Positions 23,174-33,816 are shown, counted from the whole stretch's first letter. The stretch is 62,947 bases of DNA, filler included, from 11 parts of 11 records of this genome joined end to end with filler, not necessarily neighbours in it; one strand, 5' to 3'. Notes: generated from the sequence alone by a model not told the origin. Program-made: numbers and translations.

Positions 23174-24874
23174 TCAAAACCGAGAGGTGGTGGCGAACCC
23201 GCCGCCGCACCTCGGCTTCCTTCGCACACTCGAATTGTGCTCACATGCTCGGAGCCTTGCGTGCAGGCGGTGGGTTCTCGACATTGGAGGGTTTCCCAAT
23301 CTCAAGCTAAACGTCATCGGCTCTACGGCCTCTACCAGCCCTGCTCGTCGCACGGTCGCAACCTTGGTGTGAGAACAAGTGTCCAACGCTGTGGGCACAA
23401 GCGGTGCGGCCTCCCAAGACGAATGACAGGGCTGCTCCGCACTTGAAGCGCGGTCAGCTCTGCTAGGCGGCGGAGGCGGCGGTGGGACTGGCTGGCGTGC
23501 TGCTCCATAGCCGTGGTTTACCTGCTGCTTGGGTGGCGTGCTCGGCTGCTGACGGCGCCACGCCTGTCTCCTGCCCGGTGGCCCTGCATCACTCAACTCC
23601 GGCGGCTTCGGTCCCGCAGTGGGCACGCTCGGTGACCGAATCGACGCGCGTTCGTACCGACTGCGGTGTCTGAGCGCCCACGTGATGCCTTGCCGAGTCA
23701 CGGGGCCTCGCAAACAGACGTGTGACAAACCCGCAGAGCGTTCGCATAGTTGCTCCTCTAGAGGTTGGTCTGTTTCGCGCTCCCGAGCAGCCGGCTGGGG
23801 CTCCGGCGCCGGCCGCAGGCTGCAGCTCATAGTATTTGGTGCCGGCTCCGGGATATCGATCGGGATTCGTATGCTCAACCGGGGCCGCGACCAGCTGGGC
23901 CGCTTGGCCGGCAGCTCTCTCGCTTCGGGGGGGGCTACAAACGCCAAGCAGCTGCCTGCCGCCACCCGGCTGTCGTGCTCGCTCGCGGCGGACCAGTGGC
24001 CGACAACGGGCCGGCCGTCCTGGAATCCGGCCAGCACCAGCCCCGGCTCGGCTGGCGAATGCTGCCAGCTGCACTTATGTTCCTCGTCCTTGTGCGGCAC
24101 AATGCTGCTCAGACCAGCCACATCCGCCCGGACACCGGCCGGCCGGCAGAAGAACGCCGGCCTGGGCGGGACTGGCGGAGCCGGCGGCGGCCTGGTGCGG
24201 GGCCGGCTGACCGGAGTCTCTGCCCGCCCGACCGGCACGGTGAGGACGGGGCTCGGGGCAGATTGAATCGACTCGCCCAGGCCGTCGGGCCGGAGCAGGG
24301 CGAAGAGCAGGAACTGGTAGGTGCAGTCGGTGTGGCGCAGCCGCAGACTGGTCTGGTTGGTGCTGCACCGCTTGGCTACCTTGAACCCGACCGGGCCGCC
24401 GGGCGGTGCCGGGGTCACTCGCGAGAGCAGCACAAACCCCAGGATGTTGGACAGGTTCGGCTCGGGCGGCGGCCACCAGAGCCTCACCCTGTCCACCGGG
24501 CAGCCGGCCAGCTCGGCCGAGATCGGGCCCAGGCTGAGCTCCGGTGGCCGCTCTACAGAGCTGGCCGTCGGGCCCGATCTACTGGAGACGCTCTCCGCCC
24601 GGACTGGGGTGCGGCGCCGGCGTTTCAAGGCGGACCGGTCGGTCGCGACCAGCTCAGTATCTCTTGGGTAGCCCGACCGTGGCGCCTGGGCCCCATGGGC
24701 CTGTCCTCCCCCGAAGCCGGGCTCGTCGGACGGTGGCGTCACGCGCCGGCGGAGGCACGCGGCGGTTTCCCAGCTCTGGCGGCTGGAGCAGCTTTCCGGG
24801 GAGTCGGCCCGCTCCGACGAGCTGCCGTCGTCGTCGTATATCAAGAGCTCGAGGTCATCGTCCTCGGCGTGCAT
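23174..24874 (-). CDS. Pro/Arg-rich hypothetical protein
   Basis: Long ORF with first ATG at 24874 (MHAEDDDLELL). No family recognised; probably contains introns. Confidence 0.4.
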   Translation of the reverse strand: MHAEDDDLELLIYDDDGSSSERADSPESCSSRQSWETAACLRRRVTPPSDEPGFGGGQAHGAQAPRSGYPRDTELVATDRSALKRRRRTPVRAESVSSRSGPTASSVERPPELSLGPISAELAGCPVDRVRLWWPPPEPNLSNILGFVLLSRVTPAPPGGPVGFKVAKRCSTNQTSLRLRHTDCTYQFLLFALLRPDGLGESIQSAPSPVLTVPVGRAETPVSRPRTRPPPAPPVPPRPAFFCRPAGVRADVAGLSSIVPHKDEEHKCSWQHSPAEPGLVLAGFQDGRPVVGHWSAASEHDSRVAAGSCLAFVAPPEARELPAKRPSWSRPRLSIRIPIDIPEPAPNTMSCSLRPAPEPQPAARERETDQPLEEQLCERSAGLSHVCLRGPVTRQGITWALRHRSRYERASIRSPSVPTAGPKPPELSDAGPPGRRQAWRRQQPSTPPKQQVNHGYGAARQPVPPPPPPPSRADRASSAEQPCHSSWEAAPLVPTALDTCSHTKVATVRRAGLVEAVEPMTFSLRLGNPPMSRTHRLHARLRACEHNSSVRRKPRCGGGFATTSRF

Positions 24875-24954
24875 TTTGTGAGGCGCAGCAGGGAGCCCCG
24901 CGGCCACGTTTTTCGACTTTCTCGCTGCGTCGGTGCGGGTGCTGGTGTCTCAAC

Positions 24955-25407
24955 ATGGGCAACTCGCCGGGGGGCGACCAGCCAAAACCCGGCGGCGACC
25001 AGCCGGCCGCTCGTGGATCGGATCGGGACTCGCTCGTGGATCGGGCCTGGCGAGCCACGAGCGAGGCGTACACCACGGCTGCCGAGTCGCTTGGGGAGTG
25101 GCGCGACCTGCGGGCCCAACTGCACAAGCGAACCTTCTTCCCGTACGCCGGAGTGAGCCTGGAGCAGCTGATCGAGCAGCGGGGCTGGCAGGCCGACTAC
25201 AGCACTGTCGAGGCGCCCGCCCGCTCCGTGCCCCGGACTGACACCCGGGGAAGGACTGGCGGCAGGCGATTTTGCAGTACGTAGAAGGGGTAGACCTGCG
25301 CGGGCAGCTCCAGACGGAGGACGGCCGGCAGCTGGACGGGTACTGGTGCGCGCACCACGGCTTCTGCCGCGGGCTGACGGTGGTGCTATTCCACGCGAAC
25401 GCGATGG
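24955..25407 (+). CDS. Alpha/beta-hydrolase (ABHD-like) N-terminal part, truncated by the contig end
   Basis: MGNSPGG start; GC-AG intron 25213-25253; LQTEDGRQLDGYW...TVVLFHANAM. Confidence 0.6.
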
Positions 25408-25531
25408 TGAGCGGGGGGGGGGGGGGGGGGGNNNNNNNNNNNNNNNNNNNNNNNNNNNNNNNNNNNNNNNNNNNNTTAATTAATTAANNNNNNNNNNNNN
25501 NNNNNNNNNNNNNNNNNNNNNNNNNNNNNNN

Positions 25532-26239
25532 CTCGTCGTCCAGCGAAGCAAGCACGTCATCGGACGGCTCGTTTGGCCTGTCGAGCTTCTTGGCGAGCAG
25601 AGTGAGCGCCAGCAGCCCTCCGGCGCAGAGGTCATCGTATCGCTGCCAGTACTGCTTGACAAACAGCCCGACCAGCCCTGGCCGGAACCGCTTGCTCCAC
25701 ACGGCGTGCCGCATCTGCCCGGGCTCGGCCGGGCCGGTGCGGCCGGGGCACCATGTGGTACATGAGGGCAGTGTCCAGCGAGCCGCCGGGACCGCGCCGA
25801 GCGAAGCTGAGCAGCACGTGCAAGCTGCCGGCTTGGAGCACGCGGTCCTCCGAGTCGAGCATCTCGAGCAGCAGCTGTCCCCCGAGGCTGGCGGCCAGCG
25901 AGCGGTGGCCGGCGCCTGGAGGAACTGCACGTGCTGGGTGCGGAGCCAGCGCGCGAGCTGGGCGGCGGCGGATTGCTCGTCGGCGGGCGGCTTGGCGAAA
26001 AAGTCGAAGGAGCCTTGCTCGATCCAGTCGAGCCACACCCGCTGCAGGCCCTGGATGGCCGCGAGCGCCACCGGGCCGCGCGGATGCCGGCAATGGGCCA
26101 GTAGCTGCCGGAGCCGATTGACGTTCTTGCGCGAGGCCAGCACGGCCTCCACATCATGCTCCACCGCCGCCAGCTCGGCCGCCTCCTCCGCGGCTTCCCC
26201 CTTGCTGGGCCGATCCCGCTTCCGCTTCTTCGCCGGCAT
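25532..26239 (-). CDS. NOC4L: Nucleolar complex protein 4 (NOC4)-like, N-terminal part, truncated
   Basis: VEAVLASRKNVNRLRQLL...LARWLRTQHVQF...YWQRYDDL resembles the NOC4 N-terminus; basic NLS-like start; GC-AG intron 25875-25915. Confidence 0.65.
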
Positions 26240-26312
26240 TTGCTTCCCGCCTCGCCCGGCCGGTGCCGCGACCCACAACGGAATCGCGCCTCGGCGGCCT
26301 GCCACTGTGCCG

Positions 26313-27644
26313 ATGGTGTGGCTGCAGGGCGCCGACCCTTCAGGGCGGCAGTACTACTACGACCCAGACACATGGGAGACCCGGTGGAACCTGCCGGCCA
26401 GCGTCCAGATCCAGAGCTTCCTCGACGCCCACCCGGCCCGGCCGCCCCCGCAGGCCTGGCGGCGCTTTCTGGACAGCCTGGCCCCGCTCAAGCTGCGGGA
26501 GGCGGTCACCGACAGCGCTGGGCGGGGGCGGCTGGGGGCGGACCTGTGGGCGTTCGATGCGGTGCCGCCGGTACTGCTAGGGGTGAGCGACCCGGGCTCG
26601 TCGCTCCATCGGCTCCGGGGAAGCTTCAGGGTGCTCCAGTACATGTTTGACCTGTTCTTCGTGCCCGAATGGCGCGAGCAGGCGCGCGAGGTGTTCCAAG
26701 ACCCACAGCACCTGCACCAACTGGCCGCCAAGGGGCAGCTCACCAGCGCAGAAGTCAACGGACTCCGGCTGCTCCCGCGCTGGCAGGAGAGTCCGCTCAG
26801 CCACCCGAACTGGAAGGGCGAGACGATGCTGCACGAGGCCAGCCACAACGGACATACTGAGCTGGTGCTCACACTCCTCCGATGCGGGGCCGATCCGACC
26901 ATCACGAGCAAGGCGGTGCGCTCCTTGTGGCCTGCCGGGTGGTGACTGTAACACAGAGGCAATCCGCGCTGTTTGTGGCGGCCATCGGGGCTCAGGACGA
27001 GGCCGCGATGGCGCTGCTGCACGCGTCGGCGGACCCTAGACAGAAGGATTCGCGGGTGTGGCGTGAAGGCGCTCTGGGGAGCTGGGGGTCAGGGCTGGAG
27101 CGTGCTGTATGCTGCGGCCGATAGTGGCTGCTCCGAGGAGCTGGTCCGAGCGCTCGTGGAAGCTAAGGCTGAGGTGGGGGAGACGGATAGATATGTGAGG
27201 CCCGGGGAGGGCGCTGTGAGTGATCTGGTTGGGCAGGGGTGGACGGCGTTGCACAAGGCAAGCGAAAAGGGGCACGGGTCATGTGTTGTTGAGCTGATAA
27301 GAGCGGGGGCGGATATTGAGGCTCGGCACAAGCAAGGCTGGACGCCACTGATGAAGGCGGCCGCACACGGGAAGGCAGGGTCGGCAAGTCTGCTCCTAGA
27401 AGCCGGGGCTGATGCGACGGCGAAAGATCTGCAGGCGCGTCTAGATTGGGCAGGTCTGTTGATGCGTTGGCAGGGCGGCGACGCTCTCTACCATGCCAGA
27501 CGCTGGCAGGGTGGGGATGCTCGCTACCACAAGCTTACGCCAGGCGATGACACAAGCGATACGATAGTCGAAGTTATCCTCAAAGCCAACCCTCCGAGAG
27601 ATGACCCCTCCGAGAATTCGGGCGGCCGGAACCTTGAACACTAA
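26313..27644 (+). CDS. WW domain plus ankyrin-repeat protein
   Basis: WLQGADPSGRQYYYDPDTWETRWNLP (WW); GETMLHEAS, GWTALHKAS, GWTPLMKAA (ankyrin); four short introns. Confidence 0.85.
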
Positions 27645-27647
27645 ATC

Positions 27648-27706
27648 ATAATTGTATCCGGGATCGATAGAGCATAGTAGTATAGATAATTGTATCCGGG
27701 ATCGAT
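27648..27706. repeat. Perfect 21-nt direct repeat with a 17-nt spacer, intergenic
   Basis: ataattgtatccgggatcgat at 27648-27668 and 27686-27706. Confidence 0.9.
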
Positions 27707-27801
27707 CCGTCCGGAATTATTGTGCCAACGCGACTTGACCTGACGGGGGTTCACACAGTTTACCCAACCTCGCCCACCCCACCAGTGCCACCGCACGGCC
27801 A

Positions 27802-29503
27802 ATGAAGGAGCGCGTGCTCGAGCCGCTGCCGCTCCTAGACGAGGTGCCAACGGCTGGCCGGCGGGCCGAGCTGTGTGCCAGCCGGCGCTGCTCGAGTTCT
27901 TTAGCTCGCGCGGGCACTCGGCCGACCGGGCCCGCGTGCACTGCCGCACCGTGTGGCGACATGTGTTCCGGGCCGCCGATCCGGACGTGAGCGGGTGCGA
28001 CGGGCTTCCCGGTGGGGCGGCCGAGCAGGTAGCCGGCCGATGGCTCGGGCTGAACGGTGCGGCAGCTCGGGGTGCACTTTGCTTTGCCGAGCTCGCGGGT
28101 GCGCGAGAAGCATTACAGCGTGGACGGGACGATCAAGCTGGTGATCGAGCTGCAGGACGGCCAGCTGGTCGAGGCGGTGATCATCCGGCACTCGGACCAC
28201 ATGCCTCGGAACACGCTCTGCGTGTCCAGTCAGGTGCGACCGGCTGGTCGGTCGCGGGCCGAGATTAGAGCGGCAGGTGGGCTGCCAGATGGGCTGCAAG
28301 TTCTGCGCCACCGGCACGATGAATCTGCTGGGCAACCTGGCCGCCGGCGAGATCCTCGAGCAGGTCTGGCACGCCAACCAAGTGCTGCGGAGCGAGGCGG
28401 GGCCTGCCGTGAGCAACGTGGTGGTGTGCAGCCCCTCGGGCGCGGGGCGGCGAGCCGGTACAGTTTATGGGGATGGGCGAGCCGCTGCACAATTACGATC
28501 CGGTGCTCAGCGCTATCCGCGGGATGACGGTGCAGCTGGTTCGTGCTGGCCGAGCGGCGCGGCAGGATATGCACCGGTTTGCTATCCCTAGGAAGCGGGT
28601 GTCTGTCTCAACGGTCGGAGTGGCTCCAGCCATAACTCAACTCGCAGAGGACGCGCCGTTTGTGCAGCTGGCGCTGTCATTGCACGCGCCCAACCAGACG
28701 CTACGGTGCTGGGCTGGCTGGCGCGCGGGGCTGAGGTGCGGCAGAGTGAGCATCGTGCCTTCAGCAAGCAAGTGGCCGCTCGAGGAGATTTTGTCAGCCC
28801 TGCGTGGATACGAGGCAGCACAGCAGCAGATTAAGTCCAAGGCTAAGATCATGATCGAGTACGTGATGCTCAAGGGAGTGAACGACCAGCCCGATACGGC
28901 CCATCAGCTCGGGCAGCTGCTGCAAGGCCACAAGTTCTGGGTCAACCTGATTCCGTACAATCCGACTCCAGCGGCCAGCTACGAAACTCCTTCACAGGAG
29001 GCAATCTCAGCCTTCTCGGCAGTGGTGCAGAGCTACGGCGTAAGGACAATGGAGCGACATCATCATGGCAGGTCGAGAGCTGGGCTGTAGCGCTGTGTGA
29101 GGTGCTGCAGGGACGTGGATGCTGCCTGTGGACAGTTGGCTCTAAACAGTGCCGAGTCCCAGGGCGCGCCAGCGGACATCGAGGACCTGGTATGCTCCCT
29201 CTCGCCATTTCATGGTTGATATCCACGCAGGCTCTGGGTGCACGGCATCAGAAAGCACCAAAGACAAAACAACGGAGAACAGCTGTTGTCAATGTGGCTG
29301 CTTCCAAGTCTGAAGTGCTAGGACTAAATCAAAGGGTTGGTGATGTGCAACAAAATATGCCACAATTCAACGTTATGTCTCAGTTTGTGAGCATGCCGGG
29401 TGTTTTGTTTTTATTTCTAGTGATTGCCGCAGTGGTGTTGGCTGCACAATTCAAACAAAGCAATCAGCTTCTCCAACAGTTAAGAGCTCGCTTGGATCTA
29501 TAA
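27802..29503 (+). CDS. rlmN: RlmN/Cfr-family radical SAM RNA methyltransferase; 8 short introns
   Basis: Spliced TLCVSSQVGCQMGCKFCATG (CxxxCxxC), NVVFMGMGEPL, SVSTVG, LSLHAP, VNLIPYN, GRDVDAACGQL. Confidence 0.92.
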
Positions 29504-29634
29504 TTATATATTATAATCTAGATAACAAGTTTAGATAAAGTTTAGAATAAACAAAGGGCCAGGCAATACGCGAGCTATGTCCATTGATGTTTGAACGGTG
29601 TTTATTTTAATTCTCAAAGAACCTGCAGCTGTTA

Positions 29635-30320
29635 TTATCTATTATAGCAGAATGGTCCGTTGCAGAATTTCTCCAACCCGGGAATTCCTCCCCCGCTCAG
29701 TGAATTATGGTCATTGGAATGGCTTACTGCTGATGCAGGCACTACTGTTATTGTCTCACTAATGGCTGATGCTCTTAGTACACAATGAATGTACACATCA
29801 GGAACCCCTTTTCTCAGGGCACGGCACTCATAGCCTTGCCCATTTCTTGAATCTCCCAAGAAATATCTCATTTCGAATTGGCCAGCAGAGCGATATTTCG
29901 CTACTGGAAAACGCACCACTCCTGATTCGACCTCATCTGTCAAGTCTGCTCTATCAAGATGGCACTTGTGGACAAAGTTGTGCTTGGTTTGCTCTACTTG
30001 GTATGGGTCGTAAGCCTCCTCTGTAAATGGCTCTTCTTCGCTGCAATCGTCCTTATAGTATAGGCCTACCCAATCAAGCTTGTATCGCCATCAGTTGCTC
30101 CGCTAAATGACACTCGCGTAATACTCCCAGCAAGACCAACAGTCGGCTCAAAGGTTGGTGGCGCAATCACACTCAGCGTAACTCCTTGGACCAGAATATA
30201 CGCGCTAAAGAAACCCGCCTTATAACAGGCGGAATTCGACACAGGGTGGCACCTCGCCAAACACGTACAAGGCGTGCGTACCACCGCCCCCGAAAAGGTC
30301 TGCAGTGCTCTGCAGTGCAA
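29635..30320 (-). CDS. Hypothetical protein with SKICH-like Ig-fold motif
   Basis: LDWVGLYYKD...AGQFEMRYF. The 5' exon structure is unresolved. Confidence 0.45.
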
Positions 30321-30966
30321 GCTGGACAGTGATCTTCAACACAATTTGTCCAATGCCCGTGGCTGTCAGAGTCATGCTTACGCTCCGTCGGGGCGCGCTG
30401 GCACCTAGGTGTGCCCCACGCCCAGCTGGTGCCGGTCATGCCAGATCCAGACGCCAGGAGAATCTAGCAACAGATTCGGCCATGCTACACTCAGCTAGGG
30501 GGGACGCCAGCCATCCCCCAAGGCGAAAACACCACACACCCGATTCGGATTCCAACGGTACGCACTCTGCGTGCCCCTCCCGGGGCTGCTGGCGTGCACG
30601 GTGGCGCGTATAAGGCTATAAGCGCTCGATGCATTGAAATGCGTGTATGCTACAGTAAAACAACTTTCAGTCGGTTCGCACTTGATGTATCTGCACGTAC
30701 GTAGCACGTATCTATAAACGAGACGTGTACATGATTGTAATTACGCGTCCGACGCGTCGATCGTATCATGATTGTGATAATTGTGATTCTGAATTCCCGA
30801 TAACGGAATGCGTAGCTCGTGGGATGTCAAAATTGCGTGTGCGCAGACACCCCGGACTCTCCGTTCATTACCAACTACCGGTAAGTTTGGAAAACAAAAA
30901 AATACCAGATATGTTTGGATGACAAAATCTAGCTCAGTGCTATATCACGCGTGAAGCAAGATGGCC

Positions 30967-31027
30967 GCAACTTTTCCGCTCTTTACAAGGGTACACACCC
31001 TTTCTTGCAAAGTGCATCATTCAGTGC
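30967..31027 (-). promoter_or_regulatory. Eukaryotic SECIS element in the 3' UTR of the Prx5 gene
   Basis: Minus strand: gcactga ATGA TGCACTTTGCAAG AAA GGGT GTGT ACC CTTGTAAAGAGCG GA Aaagttgc. It has an AUGA/GA core, a ~12-bp helix with one mismatch, unpaired AAA and an apical mini-stem, starting about 35 nt after the stop codon. Confidence 0.85.
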
Positions 31028-31060
31028 GTCCAGCCCGCCAGCGAGCAACACTACAATAGC

Positions 31061-31724
31061 TTACAGGCTCTTGAGCATGTTCTCGGGCATGCTGCTGCTT
31101 GGGTCATCATCACCGGCCGGGTCATCAGACGCCTCGCTCACATTGATCGCTGTGACCACGCCGTCATCGACTACAGCCGCAAACCGCTTGGACCGGCCGG
31201 CGCCCAGCACCCCACAAGGGCCGGGGTGCACGATCGCCATGTCCAGTGCCTTAGTCAGCTCACCCCGGGTGTCCCCAAAGAAGCTGACCATCGATCCAGC
31301 AATCTTCTGGTCGGCCGCCCAGGCGTCCATCACCGCACCGTCGTTCACGCAGTACACGAGAACTTGGTCGATCCCCTTGGCCTTGAGCGCCTCCTGCCCG
31401 CCGATCAGACCGGACCCCGCCGGCAGCTGGCCTGCGCTGCAAGGTACCCAGGGACCTGCTGGGTGGATCAGGTGGGCGTGAAGGCTCTGCCGGCCGGATC
31501 AGCGGGCAGCGTCGGGCATCGATGGAGCACCCGGGCAAACCGACGAGGATGCTCTTCTTGCCCTTCAGCTTGTCTACGATATCCACCGGCTCCGATGGGG
31601 TGGGGCCGCCGGCGAAGCCGAAGTCGACCATCGCGGATGGGATGCGGTCGCCCGCCGAGATCCACCGGGCATGCCGGGACAGCCCGGTCCTCAGGCCGCC
31701 CGACCGGAGGACTCTGCCGAGCAT
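31061..31724 (-). CDS. PRDX5: Peroxiredoxin-5 (type II Prx) with selenocysteine at the peroxidatic site; mitochondrial-like presequence
   Basis: Removing introns 31487-31530 (GT-AG) and 31394-31431 (GC-AG) gives ...VGLPGAFTPT[TGA]STQQVPGYLAAQEALKAKGIDQVLVYCVNDGAVMDAW...RSKRFAAVVDDGVV. Confidence 0.92.
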
Positions 31725-31767
31725 GGTCCTGAGCGGAATAAAAAATAATCAGCGCGCAGCGAGATCA

Positions 31768-32488
31768 ATGAGGATTCCAGTCTGGCTTGGGCTGCTCGCC
31801 GCGCTTGTGGCCGGGTCCGCGGGCCAGCAGCCGGCCACGCTGGACGCGGCCTCTTTGGACGCGGGAAAGCCCGGCTGCCAGTCCTGCCTCTCGGCCTGCC
31901 AAACCACCGAGTGTCAAATCAAGTGCGGCAAGCATCAATGTGGCGGCCAGGCGCGCGCCCCGCCCGCAGGCAGCGGTGCTGACTGCCAGGCTGGCAGATC
32001 CCGGGCAGCGCGAGCACAGACATGCCCAGCGCGCCAGCGCAGGCCTCCAACAAGACCGCTGAGGCTGCGGAGAAGGCGGACGCCGAGATCCAAAAGGAGA
32101 TGGAGAGATTCCGCCAAAAGCAGGCCGATAAGAAGAACGTTTCTGCCTGGCGGCCGACGAGTAATTCGAGCTGTAGTCTACCGTGTGGCACCGGGAACAA
32201 GAGCTGGGTTAGAGAGGTGGTAAGGCCTGCGATTAACGGTGGGGTACCCTGTCCGGTGATCCAGAAATCGGACAGCTGCAACACCAAACCCTGCCCGATT
32301 GATTGTGAGGTGGGCCGTTGAAGGAACACTACGCTGGAGGAAGACCAGCTGACCCTGGGACGCTTCATAGCGGAAGCATTCCCAACCTTGTCGCTGGGCT
32401 TGCGCAATCACGTCCTGCGGGTACAGCTTGTGTGCGGCAGCTAAGGGGGCCATGTGTATAGATCGGGGGTAACCCCGGTTCAGGCAGC
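31768..32488 (+). CDS. Secreted protein with thrombospondin type-1 (spondin-like) repeat; 3' end unresolved or truncated
   Basis: Signal peptide; GC-AG intron 31951-31997; W..SSCSLPCGTG.KSWVR.V.RPAINGGVPCP...CNTKPCPIDC. Confidence 0.75.
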
Positions 32489-32729
32489 NNNNNNNNNNNN
32501 NNNNNNNNNNNNNNNNNNNNNNNNNNNNNNNNTTAATTAATTAANNNNNNNNNNNNNNNNNNNNNNNNNNNNNNNNNNNNNNNNNNNNAATAAAAAGCCT
32601 TTACTTTCAAAAAAAAAATATTACAAGTACAAGTACTTGAGTACGTACAAGTACAGTACAGGAAATCGCTAACGGCAAGCTGGCTTGAAGGTTCGGCGCC
32701 ACGCTCTGCGGCAGGCGGCACGGTCCCTC

Positions 32730-33816
32730 ATGGGTGGCGTGTTGGACTCGAGGGGCTCAGTCTGCCAAAATGATCCTGACCAACCGGAGGCGCTAGACAA
32801 GCCAGTATTGTTCAAAATGATCCTGACCGGCGCCTCCGGGGTCGGGAAAACGTGTCTTCTCCGCCGGTTCGCCGAGGACACATACGAATTGGACTACACT
32901 ACCACCATTGGGATAGACTTCCGGATAAAGACAATCACGCACAGTGGCCGGACGGTCAAAATGCAGATGTGGGACACCGCGGTGGCTGCCCCTGGCCCAG
33001 AGCCCACGCCAAGCCCGAGGCAGGGCCATGACCGATTCAGGAATCTCACGAACGTGTACTTTCGGGGGGCGCATGGAGTAGCCATAGTGCTCGATCTTGC
33101 CCACGGAGCCGTCATCGGTGACCGGCAGGCCGATCTGGGCCTAGCCCAGCTGGCAGACGAGCTGCCTCGCCGACTGGCCGACGTGCGGCAACTGCTCGAT
33201 CAGTATGGCCAAGCAGGCGCGGTGGTGCACGTCTGGGCCAACAAAGCGGTCTGCGGGGTGCAGACGGGCTGAGCCTGTGCTGCAGGAAGATCCGCGGGCC
33301 CAGCTCTCGGAGATGGAGCTGATGCGGATCTGTCGCGAGCACGGGGTGGATGGGATGATGGTCAGCGCCAGGAGCGGCGCCGGGGTGGAGCAGGCATTCA
33401 CGGATCTCGTGGAGCACTGGCTGCAAGGCGAATCTTATATTGTGGGTCGGTGCGAGCGGCTGCTGAGCCCGGAGCTGCGACTGCTTGATGCAGGTGAGTG
33501 CCGCTGGCGCATTTGTCGCTGAGATGTGGTCTAGGCTGGTCCTTTGAGACTGTGCGGAGCCCGAATATTGCGCAGGGCGTGATTGGCCGCAGGATATGCG
33601 CTTTGGTGGTCGCCGCCTCACAAGGTGCAATCAGGCTGGATTGTGAGGCTTGGCACCTGGGCAGCTGTATGTGACTGTGTGGCAGCCCGGGCGTTGTTGC
33701 TGTTGGTGGAGCGGTTGTGCCTGCTGGAGCTCGTCGAGGCAGCACGGGCCAGGACTGGGCTCAGTCTGCCGCTCATTATCGAGACTCTGGAACTCGAGCT
33801 CGAGGAACTACACTAA
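32730..33816 (+). CDS. Atypical Rab-family small GTPase
   Basis: [39 protein letters not shown]; four GT-AG introns; extended C-terminus. Confidence 0.85.

Noticed and set aside
23765-25156. Long overlapping ORFs on opposite strands (also 45562-47046, and the 5' parts of 58471-59841 and 59893-61275)
   Set aside because: Expected stop-codon scarcity in very GC-rich DNA; they are shadows of genes on the other strand.
25413-25431. Poly-G/poly-C runs at contig ends (also 36996-37015 and 56292-56304)
   Set aside because: Assembly breaks at homopolymers, apparently inside introns; run lengths are unreliable.
30066-30115. Apparent frameshift or second UGA recoding in the SKICH-like gene
   Set aside because: A ~35-nt GT-AG intron ending just before LDWVGLY restores the frame, and the TGA is not at a recognisable redox site.
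31468-31470. Prx5 as a pseudogene, or a UGA=Trp/Cys genetic code
   Set aside because: The stop is exactly at the catalytic Cys, the rest of the gene is intact, a SECIS follows, and TGA terminates other genes in the window.
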